A stretch of 64,000 nt of DNA. It comes from Bacteroidota bacterium. GTDB taxonomy: Bacteria > Bacteroidota > Bacteroidia > Flavobacteriales > Flavobacteriaceae. Below, one piece after another: positions 11,261 to 20,910 of this stretch; the stretch's first letter is position 1, and each line of letters starts with the position of its first letter. Made by a program: the position numbers and the translations under genes. The notes beneath the pieces were generated by a model that worked only from the letters and a program-made list of their open reading frames with translations, did no database searches and had not been told where the DNA came from. The stretch covers positions 8,210 to 72,209 of the forward strand of contig JAZKED010000004.1 of assembly GCA_040387175.1 (NCBI GenBank), given 5' to 3'.

Positions 11261-11869
11261 ATGTCAGAAGAGTCGTTGATGATTCCAAAATTTTTCGAAA
11301 GTGATGATTATTTTATCGATGAAAAAGTAAATTATTTTAAATTTGGAAATACGTATAATGTATTTAATAAAGAGGGAGAACAAGTTGGTGTTATCAATCA
11401 AAAAATAACGGGCTGGCATAAAGTTTTGCGTTTCTTTCTTAATAAAGCATTATTTCCATTTTTACTGGAAGTTCATAATATGGACAGCGATTTACAAGTA
11501 AGTATAAAAAGAGGTTGGACATTTTGGATGAGTAAAATTGTTATCGTAGATCCGAATGATAAAACTATTGGTATTATTAAGCAAAAATTTAAGTTTTTTA
11601 AACCAACATTTATTATAGAAAATGCTTCTGGAGATGTAATCGCTAAAATTACAGGAGATTGGAAAGCCTGGGATTTTAAAATTAATGATGCGAATGAAAA
11701 TTCTATTGGTACTATCAATAAAAAATGGGGTGGTATTATGAAAGAAGTATTTACAAGAGCAGATAAATATTATGTAGCCATAAATCCAGATTATGCTGAA
11801 GACACTAATAAAATAGCGATTGTTTCTTGTGCTATAACTATAGATATGGTACTTAAAAACAATAAATAA
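11261..11869 (+). CDS. LURP-one/scramblase (tubby C-terminal-like) family protein
   Basis: Repeated IGxIxQK/KW-type beta motifs, RADKYYV and a terminal hydrophobic helix (IVSCAITIDMV). Confidence 0.75.
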   Translation: MSEESLMIPKFFESDDYFIDEKVNYFKFGNTYNVFNKEGEQVGVINQKITGWHKVLRFFLNKALFPFLLEVHNMDSDLQVSIKRGWTFWMSKIVIVDPNDKTIGIIKQKFKFFKPTFIIENASGDVIAKITGDWKAWDFKINDANENSIGTINKKWGGIMKEVFTRADKYYVAINPDYAEDTNKIAIVSCAITIDMVLKNNK

Positions 11870-11895
11870 CTATTCTAAAATAGTATAATTTGAAT

Positions 11896-11934
11896 AAAAG
11901 GAGGCAGTACTATATTAAACTGTTTCCTTTTTTT
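11896..11934 (+). terminator. Intrinsic terminator after the scramblase-like gene
   Basis: AAAAGGAGGCAGT / ACTGTTTCCTTTT stem plus T run. Confidence 0.6.
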
Positions 11935-11971
11935 AATTTTTAATGGCCTTGAAAATTCAAATATATCTCAA

Positions 11972-13105
11972 ATGAATAAAAAACCGGATATCATAATAAT
12001 TGGTGGAGGATTAGCCGGACTTACGTGTGCTATTCATTTGTCAAAGTCTGGATTGAAAGTAATTTTGATTGAAAAAAATGAATTTCCAATGCATAAGGTT
12101 TGTGGAGAATATATTTCGAATGAGGTTTTACCTTATTTCAAATGGTTGGGGTTAGAAATTTCAGATTTAAAACCTTCAGCTATCTCAAAAATAAAATTTT
12201 CAACTGCAAAAGGGAAAATGATTTCAGGAAATTTGCCTCTTGGCGGATTTGGCATTAGCCGTTATATTTTAGATAATTATTTATTTAAAAAGGCAATAGA
12301 AAATGGTTGTGAAATTATTAAGGATACCGTAACCAATATTCAATTTATTGAAAACGAATTCCATATTTTAACTTCCAATAATTTAGAAATAAAATCAAAA
12401 ATTGCTATTGGAGCTTTTGGAAAACGTTCTAATATTGATCAGAAATTAAATCGTAATTTCATTCAGAAAAAATCACCCTGGCTGGCTGTAAAAGGTCATT
12501 ATTCAGGAAATTTTCCAAATGATTTAGTTGGATTGCATAATTTTGAAGGTGGTTATTGTGGTGTTTCAAAAGTGGAAAATAACATAATAAATATCTGTTA
12601 TTTAGTTGATTATAAATCCTTCAAAGGATACAAGAGTATAGAAGATTTTCAATTTAATGTAATCTATAAAAATCCATATTTAAAAACCATTTTTGAAAAT
12701 TGTGAATTACTTTTTGAAAAGCCTCTGACAATAAGTCAAATTTCTTTCGAGAAAAAATATGTCGTAGAAAATCATATTTTAATGATTGGAGACACTGCTG
12801 GATTAATCCATCCTTTGTGTGGGAACGGAATGGCGATGGCAGTTCATAGTGCTAAAATTGTTTCTGAATTAACAATAGATTTTTTAAATAATAAAATCAG
12901 TTCCAGAAATGAATTGGAAGAAAAATACAAACAAGAATGGAATAGAAATTTTAAAAGCAGATTAACTGCTGGGCGATTTTTGTCAAAAATTTTACAAATA
13001 GAAAAATTAACTACTTTCCTGATGTATTTATTAGCTATCTTACCTTTTATATTACCTAAAATTATAAAAAGAACTCACGGCAAACCCATAATTTTAAAAT
13101 TCTAA
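11972..13105 (+). CDS. FAD-dependent oxidoreductase (geranylgeranyl reductase/flavoprotein hydroxylase-like)
   Basis: IIIGGGLAG Rossmann motif, KVCGEYIS, and GDTAGLIHPLCGNGMAMA. Confidence 0.85.
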   Translation: MNKKPDIIIIGGGLAGLTCAIHLSKSGLKVILIEKNEFPMHKVCGEYISNEVLPYFKWLGLEISDLKPSAISKIKFSTAKGKMISGNLPLGGFGISRYILDNYLFKKAIENGCEIIKDTVTNIQFIENEFHILTSNNLEIKSKIAIGAFGKRSNIDQKLNRNFIQKKSPWLAVKGHYSGNFPNDLVGLHNFEGGYCGVSKVENNIINICYLVDYKSFKGYKSIEDFQFNVIYKNPYLKTIFENCELLFEKPLTISQISFEKKYVVENHILMIGDTAGLIHPLCGNGMAMAVHSAKIVSELTIDFLNNKISSRNELEEKYKQEWNRNFKSRLTAGRFLSKILQIEKLTTFLMYLLAILPFILPKIIKRTHGKPIILKF

Positions 13106-13106
13106 G

Positions 13107-13820
13107 ATGTTTATAAACACAAAATATAGATCTGAAGAACTTGAAATAATGGATGATTTTGCTTTAGAAGGCGAAATATTACGAGATGCTTTGGATAAAA
13201 TTGCCAAAATAAACCAGCTCTTGGGAGGAAACCAGCTAACTTTACAAGGAGTTCAGGAATTAATTGCAGGTATTTCAAAATCTTCTGAAATTAAAATTGT
13301 CGACGTAGGCTGTGGCAATGGAGATATGTTGAGAACTTTAGCAGATTATGGATTAAAAAATAATTTTAATTTTAAATTAATTGGAATTGATGCTAATGAT
13401 TTTACCATTAATTACGCTAGGAAATTATCAGAGAATTATTCTAATATCAGTTTTCAATGTGAAGATATTTTTAGTAAAGCTTTTTCAGAATTAAAATATG
13501 ATATTGTCCTATGTACGTTAACGTTACATCATTTTAAAAATGAAAATATTATTTCATTGATGAATGTTTTTAATATCAATTCCAAAATTGGGATTGTCAT
13601 TAATGACTTACACAGGAGTATCATTTCGTATCGATTATTTCAGATTGTATGTTTTGTTTTCAGATTAAATTCAATGTCTAGAGAAGATGGATTAATTTCC
13701 ATATTAAGAGGATTTAAGAAAAGGGAATTAGTTCGTTTTTCAGACAAATTAAATTTAGTCAATTATAAAATTCAATGGAAATGGGCTTTCCGTTATCAAT
13801 GGATAATCAGAAAAGATTAA
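13107..13820 (+). CDS. Class I SAM-dependent methyltransferase
   Basis: Motif I VDVGCGNGD and post-II segment YDIVLCTLTLHHF; starts 1 nt after the upstream stop. Confidence 0.88.
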   Translation: MFINTKYRSEELEIMDDFALEGEILRDALDKIAKINQLLGGNQLTLQGVQELIAGISKSSEIKIVDVGCGNGDMLRTLADYGLKNNFNFKLIGIDANDFTINYARKLSENYSNISFQCEDIFSKAFSELKYDIVLCTLTLHHFKNENIISLMNVFNINSKIGIVINDLHRSIISYRLFQIVCFVFRLNSMSREDGLISILRGFKKRELVRFSDKLNLVNYKIQWKWAFRYQWIIRKD

Positions 13821-13924
13821 AAGATAATAGAGAAAACATGAAAGATGTTTTGATTTGTGTTTATCATTTTTAATCTAATTTTCTATCATCTATTTTTCTA
13901 TCATCTAAAAGTCTTGAAAAAAAT

Positions 13925-14977
13925 ATGAGTGTAATAATTAAATGTGTTTCCAAGCAATTACCTAAATATTCCCGGACCACCGAGGAAATTATTCCATTTT
14001 TAGATGCCTGGCTGGTTGGACATGATGTTCGTTTTATCAAAAAAGTAAAAAAGATTTTTGAAGGTGCAGCTGTTGATAAACGTTATTCTATTATGGATCC
14101 CATTGAAGTTTTTACTAATACTTCATTTGAAGAAAGAAACGATATTTATGTTCGTGAAGTTACTGAATTAGGTGTAAAAGTATTAGAAAAATCATTGGTT
14201 AAAGCGAATTGGAAACCCGAAGATTTAGATTATATAATTACAGTAAGCTGTACTGGAATTATGATTCCTTCTTTGGATGCTTATTTGATTAATAGATTAG
14301 GATTACGTCAGGATATTGTTCGGCTTCCAGTAACAGAAATGGGTTGTGCAGCAGGAATTTCAGGAATTATTTATGCTAAAAATTTCCTAAAATACAATCC
14401 AGGAAAACGAGCTGCTGTTATCGCAGTTGAAAGTCCAACAGCCACTTTTCAATTGAATGATTTTTCGATGGTAAATATTGTCAGTGCAGCCATATTTGGC
14501 GATGGGGCTGCCTGTGTTTTACTTTCATCAGATGAAAACGATGAAGGTCCTGAAATTCTGGACGAAGAAATGTATCATTTTTTTGATGCTGAGCATTTAA
14601 TGGGCTTTAAGCTCACTAATTCAGGTTTGCAAATGATTTTAGATATTGAAGTTCCTGAAACTATTGCTTCCCACTTTTCGGATATTATACATCCATTTTT
14701 GGATAAAAATAATTTAGAAATAGAAAATTTGGAACATTTGATTTTTCATCCTGGAGGTAAAAAAATTGTACAAACAGTTGAAGATTTATTTTTACATTTA
14801 GGAAAAAACATAGACGATACTAAAGAAGTATTAAGATTATATGGGAATATGTCAAGCGCAACAGTTTTATATGTTTTAGAACGAATTATGGATGCTAAAC
14901 CCCAAAAAGGATCAAAAGGGTTGATGCTGAGTTTTGGTCCAGGATTTTCAGCACAAAAAGTTCTATTACAGTTTTAA
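13925..14977 (+). CDS. Type III polyketide synthase (chalcone synthase-like)
   Basis: Intact Cys-His-Asn triad: MGCAAG, FHPGG, YGNMSSATV; also FGDGAA and FGPGF. Confidence 0.93.
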   Translation: MSVIIKCVSKQLPKYSRTTEEIIPFLDAWLVGHDVRFIKKVKKIFEGAAVDKRYSIMDPIEVFTNTSFEERNDIYVREVTELGVKVLEKSLVKANWKPEDLDYIITVSCTGIMIPSLDAYLINRLGLRQDIVRLPVTEMGCAAGISGIIYAKNFLKYNPGKRAAVIAVESPTATFQLNDFSMVNIVSAAIFGDGAACVLLSSDENDEGPEILDEEMYHFFDAEHLMGFKLTNSGLQMILDIEVPETIASHFSDIIHPFLDKNNLEIENLEHLIFHPGGKKIVQTVEDLFLHLGKNIDDTKEVLRLYGNMSSATVLYVLERIMDAKPQKGSKGLMLSFGPGFSAQKVLLQF

Positions 14978-14987
14978 TAAATAGTAA

Positions 14988-15416
14988 ATGACTAAAGAGG
15001 AAATCATATTAAAATTACCATATTCAAAACCATTTTTGTTTGTAGATGAATTGATTCATATAGATGAAAATAGGGTGGAAGGAAGCTATACTTTTGATGA
15101 AAATTTGGATTTTTATAAAGGCCATTTCAAAGATAATCCAATTACACCAGGGGTTATTTTAACAGAAGTTATGGCGCAAATAGGATTGGTTTGTCTGGGT
15201 ATTTATTTATTAAATAATACATTTAATAAAAACATTTTAATCGCTTTAACATCAACAGAAGTTGAATTTTTAAAACCTGTTTTCCCTAGTGAAAAAGTAG
15301 TGGTTGTTTCAGAAAAAATATATTTTAGATTTGGCAAATTAAAGTGTAAAGTACAGATGAAAAATGAAAAAGATGAAGTGGTTTGCTCAGGCACAATTGC
15401 CGGAATGATTGTTTAA
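14988..15416 (+). CDS. FabA/FabZ-like hotdog dehydratase
   Basis: LPYSKPFLFVD and GHFKDNPITPGVILTEVMAQ (catalytic His and Glu present). Confidence 0.85.
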   Translation: MTKEEIILKLPYSKPFLFVDELIHIDENRVEGSYTFDENLDFYKGHFKDNPITPGVILTEVMAQIGLVCLGIYLLNNTFNKNILIALTSTEVEFLKPVFPSEKVVVVSEKIYFRFGKLKCKVQMKNEKDEVVCSGTIAGMIV

Positions 15417-15425
15417 ATAATTTGT

Positions 15426-16703
15426 ATGAATAAACGTATTGTTATTACTGGTCTTGGTGTTGTTGCTCCAAACGGAGTAGGGCTTGATGCGTTTACCAAT
15501 GCCATAAAAAATGGAATTTCAGGCATAAAACATGATGCCGAATTGGAACGATTGAAATTCTCCTGTCAAATTGCTGGAAAGCCAGAAGTTTCTACTGAAT
15601 TAGCTTTACAGTATTTTACAGAATTAGAATTACGAAATTTCAATTCATCAGGGATTTTGTATGGTGTAATTGCAGGAATTGACGCCTGGAAAGATGCTGG
15701 ATTACCACTAGAAAACAATGATGAACCTGATTGGGATAGCGGAACTATCTTTGGAACAGGAACTTCAGGAATTGATAAATTCCGGGAAAGTATATATAAA
15801 ATTGATGATTTTCAGACCCGAAGATTAGGAAGTACAGCTGTTGCTCAAACGATGAACAGCGGTGTGAGTGCATATTTGGGTGGAAAATTAGGATTGGGCA
15901 ACCAGGTAACAACAAATTCCTCTGCCTGTACAACTGGAACAGAAAGTATTTTGATGGCTTTTGAGCGTATTAAGTCAGGGCAGGCGAAACGTATTATAGC
16001 TGGGAGTACAAGTGATTCCGGACCTTATATTTGGGGAGGTTTTGATGCCATGAAAGTGTGTACTTTTAAACACAATGATACACCAGAGCAAGGCTCAAGA
16101 CCAATGTCGGCAAGTGCTTCGGGTTTTGTTCCGGGAAGTGGAGCAGGAGCCTTAGTATTGGAAGATTTAGAAACTGCTTTAGCTCGTGGAGTAAGAATTT
16201 ATGCTGAAGTTCTGGGTGGTAATTTGAATTCAGGTGGTCAGAGAGGACAAGGGAGTATGACAGCTCCAAATCCTATTGCTGTGCAAAAATGCATTAAAAA
16301 TGCATTAAAAAATGCAGGAATACATTCAAATGAGATTGATGCTATCAACGGACATTTAACAGCTACTTCAAAAGATAGTTTAGAAATTCAAAATTGGCTT
16401 CAGGCATTAAATAGGAGTGGAGCAGATTTTCCTTATATCAATTCCTTGAAATCCATGGTAGGGCATTGTTTATCAGCTGCAGGTATTGTTGAAAGTGTTG
16501 CTTCAGTATTACAATTGCATCACGGATTTATTTTTCCAAATATCAATTGTGAAGATTTGCATACTGAAATAACTGACTCAATTGATGCTTCTCGAATTCC
16601 TCAACAATTAATTGAAAAAGAATTGAATATTATAGCAAAAGCCAGTTTTGGTTTTGGTGATGTAAATGGATGTGTAATTTTTAAAAAATACAAAAACCTA
16701 TGA
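15426..16703 (+). CDS. Beta-ketoacyl-ACP synthase (FabF-like), cluster-specific
   Basis: Cys-His-His triad: SSACTTG, NGHLTAT, KSMVGHC; SFGFG near the C-terminus. Confidence 0.9.
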   Translation: MNKRIVITGLGVVAPNGVGLDAFTNAIKNGISGIKHDAELERLKFSCQIAGKPEVSTELALQYFTELELRNFNSSGILYGVIAGIDAWKDAGLPLENNDEPDWDSGTIFGTGTSGIDKFRESIYKIDDFQTRRLGSTAVAQTMNSGVSAYLGGKLGLGNQVTTNSSACTTGTESILMAFERIKSGQAKRIIAGSTSDSGPYIWGGFDAMKVCTFKHNDTPEQGSRPMSASASGFVPGSGAGALVLEDLETALARGVRIYAEVLGGNLNSGGQRGQGSMTAPNPIAVQKCIKNALKNAGIHSNEIDAINGHLTATSKDSLEIQNWLQALNRSGADFPYINSLKSMVGHCLSAAGIVESVASVLQLHHGFIFPNINCEDLHTEITDSIDASRIPQQLIEKELNIIAKASFGFGDVNGCVIFKKYKNL

Positions 16704-16954
16704 GCAAAGAAGAGACAATAGAAAAATTGAAGACTATCGTGAAGCCATACGTTCAAAATGAAGAAGCTTTTGATAATCTTACAGAAGACACTGATTTTAT
16801 TAATGATTTGAAAATCAACTCTGCCAATTTGGTTGATGTAATTTTGGATATTGAAGAAGTTTACGACATTGTTATTGACAATCAATCGATGGAACGAATG
16901 TTGGATGTAAAGTCGGCTATACAAATTATTGAAACCAAATTATCCGAAAAATGA
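16700..16954 (+). CDS. Acyl carrier protein
   Basis: 84 aa, acidic, four-helix pattern; attachment Ser in a non-canonical DLKINSANLV context; 4-nt overlap with the KS gene. Confidence 0.8.
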   Translation: MSKEETIEKLKTIVKPYVQNEEAFDNLTEDTDFINDLKINSANLVDVILDIEEVYDIVIDNQSMERMLDVKSAIQIIETKLSEK

Positions 16955-17448
16955 TTGGAAACGACATTGTAGATTTGGCTTCAGCCCGAAAAGAAAGCAA
17001 TTGGAAACGCAAAGGTTTTTTGGATAAAATCTTTACCAAAAATGAACAATTACAGATCTTATATGCTCAAAACCCAGAAGTTATGGTCTGGAATTTATGG
17101 AGCAGGAAAGAAGCAGTTTATAAAATTTATAATCGAAAAACTCAAATTAGAGGTTATTTTCCACTGCAATTAGAATGTTTTGATTTGGAAATTATTGATG
17201 GAATTAGTTTTGGAAAAGTTCAGATAAAAGATTCTGTTTGTTTTACAAAAACAGAAGTTACAAAACAATTTATACATACAATAGCAGTTGAAAATCCTCA
17301 AGATTTTGAATTCATAAAAACATTGGAAAATAGAAGAAATATTCTCAAAAATAATGGAATTCCTGATTATTTCGATAAAGCTAGTCTAGCTATAAAACCA
17401 GTTTCAATAAGTCATCATGGCAGATTTGAACAAATCATTACTATCTAA
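16951..17448 (+). CDS. 4'-phosphopantetheinyl transferase (AcpS-like)
   Basis: IGNDIVD and WSRKEAVYK motifs; overlaps the ACP gene. Confidence 0.85.
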   Translation: MIGNDIVDLASARKESNWKRKGFLDKIFTKNEQLQILYAQNPEVMVWNLWSRKEAVYKIYNRKTQIRGYFPLQLECFDLEIIDGISFGKVQIKDSVCFTKTEVTKQFIHTIAVENPQDFEFIKTLENRRNILKNNGIPDYFDKASLAIKPVSISHHGRFEQIITI

Positions 17449-18041
17449 TTTATTTTTAATCTTGACTTTAATTTAAGGAAAAGCAAAGCTATTTTATAAG
17501 CATCTTCTGAAGAAGAATTTCGGTCACTTACAGGAATTTTATAAATTTCACATAATTCTTCGAGTGAAAATTGTTTATTATTGATATCAGTCAATTTTCG
17601 ATACATAATATCAATATCCAAAGCTTCATTTTTTAGTCTTCCGCAATCTAATTTTTCCAAGGCCTCATTTATCATTTCTACATCAAAATCAATATGGTGC
17701 CCAACTAATACAGCATTCCCTATAAATTCAACCAAAGCCTGAATTGCTTCAGGTTCTCCCATTTTTTTCATCTTACTTTCTACTGTAAATTCATTTGAAA
17801 TTCCATTATCATGAAAAAATTTGTATTGGGATATTACAGTTTCAAAACTATCTGTAATATGGATGCTGTTATCGATTACACCAAAAGCACTAATGGATAA
17901 TATAACATCCTTTTGAAGGCTTAAACCAGATGTTTCAGTTGATAACACAACAAAGCGATCTGATTTTTTATCAAATTTAGAAAGATATATTTTCCAAAAT
18001 TCAGGATACTCTTTATTGATATTTTTGATCCAGTCTAGCAT
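17445..18041 (-). CDS. DEDDh/DnaQ-like 3'-5' exonuclease fold with a degenerate active site
   Basis: ExoI reads LSTETSG (D to S), ExoII GHHIDFD, ExoIII RNSSSEDA (H to N). Confidence 0.8.
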   Translation of the reverse strand: MLDWIKNINKEYPEFWKIYLSKFDKKSDRFVVLSTETSGLSLQKDVILSISAFGVIDNSIHITDSFETVISQYKFFHDNGISNEFTVESKMKKMGEPEAIQALVEFIGNAVLVGHHIDFDVEMINEALEKLDCGRLKNEALDIDIMYRKLTDINNKQFSLEELCEIYKIPVSDRNSSSEDAYKIALLFLKLKSRLKIN

Positions 18042-18043
18042 TG

Positions 18044-19960
18044 TTATGAAAATTGGGTAAGTTTAAATTTTGTTTTGATTAATTCTTCTAATTCTCTCAT
18101 TGGAGCCAAAGCATTTTTTAAATTTTCTCTGTCCGCTTTTGATAATTCATGCAGATTTATAAATTGACCTGAATTGTCATTTTTTAAACCTTCTAATGTT
18201 CTGAATTTTGATAAAGTCAAAAAAGCTTCTGCACAATTAAGATAAATTTCCGAGTTTCTTGGATCTACAATTGCTAATTGTTTGAATCGTAAATAGGTAT
18301 TATTAACTCCTCTTATGTCATGGCTTAAAATAAACAAACGGGCACAATCAATAAGCGGCATTAATGCACGTGTTTTAATGTCGAATTTATCTTTATTTTC
18401 ACCTTCTTCTTCTACATTAAATTTCTTAAAGAAGCTTAAAGGTGAATTTTTTCTCAGGGCATCATTTCCAAGAAAATCAAAAAATAAAGCATTGTTTTTT
18501 ACATTATTATAAATGACATTTTCAATGGCTTCTTCAATTTTTTGTTCACCAAAAGCTATTTCAAAATCAAAGAAAATGCTACTTATTTCATTACTGTTTT
18601 CACCTGGAGTATTAATCCAGTTACTGTATTGTTTAGTCCAGTCTGTCAATGATTTACACCAAAGCATATTACTTCCCATATGCCCGTTTGGGCACAATTC
18701 ATAACCTACTTTTTCAAGTGTAGCAGTAGTTCTTTTTCCTAATTTCAGGAAATAGTCTTTTACATCTCTGTATTTATCGGCTGTAACGTCTTCAAAAATT
18801 AAAATACTGTCTTGATCAGTTGTCAATAATTGCTCTTTTCGCCCTTGACTTCCAATACTTAACCAGGCAAAACGAACAGGAGGGGAGCCTAAATCCAAAA
18901 TAGACAATTCTACAGAACGTTTGATAAGCGCTAAATTAATTTCACTTGCAATGTTGTTAATATTAGGAAGCGATATGTTTTTCTGAATTGATTTTTGAAT
19001 CAGATTTGTCATTCGATCCCGAATCAGTTTTAAATCTTTTGGTGATTGGGCACGCTTGATTTCTTTTATCAAAACCCCGGGATTATTGGCCTGAGCAACA
19101 ATCAAATCATGCTCAGAAATAATTCCTTTTATATCTGATTTGTCCGATCCGTCTTTGGTTACACACAAATGAGTTACATTGTTTTTTAACATTATCAATT
19201 GTGCCTCGGCCAAAGAAATATTTTCCACCACTGTCACTACAGGAGATGACATAATTTTATCTATAGTGGCTGTGATAGGGAAGCGGCCTGTTGCAATTTT
19301 GGAACTCATATCCGTATCTGTAACAATTCCGATGGGAGTTTTGTTTTCAACAATAATTGCTCCTGTGGTCATAGCATCGGTCATTTTTTTTGCTACTTCC
19401 TGAACAATCGCTGTTGCTACAACTTTCAGTGGAGAATTATTATAGTTTAATAACTGAAAATATTGCATTTCAGATTGTTGATTCGAATAGTATACATTAT
19501 CCGTAATTAGTTTACCACTTAAATTCTCTTTATCACTTGGATTACTTGTATTAGTAGCAAAACTTTGTAAAAGAAAATCCAAAACATCAGGATTTTGTGC
19601 GACAAATGGACGGAAAATTGTAATTGGAATAGCATAAATAATACTTTCTTCACGTGCTTTTGCTGTCATCATATAATTATTTTTGGCAAAAAACGGACGT
19701 AAGCCGAAAATGTCTCCTTCAACGCACTTGTTTAATAAAGTTTCTTCAGCATCAGCAATAACAGATAGATTAACAACTCCAGAAGCCACAACATAAAATG
19801 AATCGTGTAAAACGTCATTTATTTGAAACAAAACTTTATGCTTTTCCAGATTTATTACGCGAATACTCGTAGCAATTTCAGATAATTCTTCAAAAGATAA
19901 ATTATCAAATGGCGGATATTGTTTCAGAAAATCAGCAATATGTTCTGCAATTGTGTTCAT
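18044..19960 (-). CDS. cNMP-binding/CBS-pair/DUF294 putative nucleotidyltransferase
   Basis: N-terminal CAP_ED-like domain (GDIFGLRP), a CBS pair (IMSSPVVTV, GIISEHDL), then GSQGRKEQ...TDQD and FFD motifs. Confidence 0.88.
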   Translation of the reverse strand: MNTIAEHIADFLKQYPPFDNLSFEELSEIATSIRVINLEKHKVLFQINDVLHDSFYVVASGVVNLSVIADAEETLLNKCVEGDIFGLRPFFAKNNYMMTAKAREESIIYAIPITIFRPFVAQNPDVLDFLLQSFATNTSNPSDKENLSGKLITDNVYYSNQQSEMQYFQLLNYNNSPLKVVATAIVQEVAKKMTDAMTTGAIIVENKTPIGIVTDTDMSSKIATGRFPITATIDKIMSSPVVTVVENISLAEAQLIMLKNNVTHLCVTKDGSDKSDIKGIISEHDLIVAQANNPGVLIKEIKRAQSPKDLKLIRDRMTNLIQKSIQKNISLPNINNIASEINLALIKRSVELSILDLGSPPVRFAWLSIGSQGRKEQLLTTDQDSILIFEDVTADKYRDVKDYFLKLGKRTTATLEKVGYELCPNGHMGSNMLWCKSLTDWTKQYSNWINTPGENSNEISSIFFDFEIAFGEQKIEEAIENVIYNNVKNNALFFDFLGNDALRKNSPLSFFKKFNVEEEGENKDKFDIKTRALMPLIDCARLFILSHDIRGVNNTYLRFKQLAIVDPRNSEIYLNCAEAFLTLSKFRTLEGLKNDNSGQFINLHELSKADRENLKNALAPMRELEELIKTKFKLTQFS

Positions 19961-20137
19961 AGATGTAAAGTATAGTAGGATGTAAAAATAACAAATTAAT
20001 AAATCATAATCAGACCATAAATGGAGTAAAACAATTAATTTGTGTATTTCTTAATATTTTCTTAAAAATATCAAGAATAATAACAAATTTGATGTGGATA
20101 TTTTAAATTTATAACTTAATATAAAACATTTTAAATC

Positions 20138-20644
20138 ATGAGATTACAAAATAAAATACATCTATTATTTATTGTCTTGTTAACGGTAGCTTTCGTCAAT
20201 GCACAGGATAAACCAAAAAGTCCTCCAGCAACAGCTACAGGTAAAATTAATGGTGCTACCATTACAATTAATTATAGTAGTCCATCAGTAAGAGGAAGAG
20301 TTATTTGGGGAGAATTAGTGCCATTCAATAAAATTTGGAGAGCAGGAGCTAATGCCGCAACAACTATAGAATCTGATAAAGATCTAATAATTGAAGGTTC
20401 AAAATTGTCTGCAGGAAAATATTCTTTCTTTGTGATACCAAATGAAAAAGAATCGATATTAATTTTTAATAAAGTAGCCAAGCAATCAGGAACTAGTAAT
20501 TATAATGAAAATGAAGATCAGTTAAGAGTAGCTGTAAAACAAAAAGCTACTGCAACAAATACTGAAAGTCTGACTTATAGCATACAGGATAATTCAATTG
20601 TTTTAAGTTGGGAAAAATGGAATATTCCATTTTCAGTAAAATAA
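20138..20644 (+). CDS. DUF2911 family secreted protein
   Basis: Signal peptide, then SPPATA...YSSPSVRGRVIWGELVP...WRAGANAAT. Confidence 0.85.
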   Translation: MRLQNKIHLLFIVLLTVAFVNAQDKPKSPPATATGKINGATITINYSSPSVRGRVIWGELVPFNKIWRAGANAATTIESDKDLIIEGSKLSAGKYSFFVIPNEKESILIFNKVAKQSGTSNYNENEDQLRVAVKQKATATNTESLTYSIQDNSIVLSWEKWNIPFSVK

Positions 20645-20664
20645 AATCCATCTAAACAAAAATT

Positions 20665-20702
20665 AAAGACGTTATCAAGTTATCTTGGTAACGTCTTTTT
20701 TA
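20665..20702 (+). terminator. Intrinsic terminator after DUF2911
   Basis: AAAGACGTTATCAAG / CTTGGTAACGTCTTT stem plus T run. Confidence 0.75.
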
Positions 20703-20879
20703 TTTGCCTTATAACTAATTAGAGGAGGTTTATTATTAATTTGATTATGTATAATTAATTAGGAACTATTAAAATCAATAAATTCTATTTTACATAATAT
20801 AAATTATAGTTCATTTTATATTGCTGTAAAATAGCCAAAGATTATACGTTTATTAATATACGAACCGGGTATTGAATAC

Positions 20880-20887
20880 TATCTTTG
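20880..20887 (+). promoter_or_regulatory. -7 promoter element upstream of the MFS transporter
   Basis: TATCTTTG (TAnnTTTG), 23 nt before the ATG. Confidence 0.6.
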
Positions 20888-20910
20888 CAAAAAAATAGAA
20901 TTCTTCTAAA

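Noticed and set aside
11972-17448. Identification as the flexirubin/aryl polyene cluster
   Set aside because: No DarA/DarB pair, no KS/CLF heterodimer, no ammonia lyase or ligase; the condensing enzyme has a Cys-His-Asn type III PKS triad.
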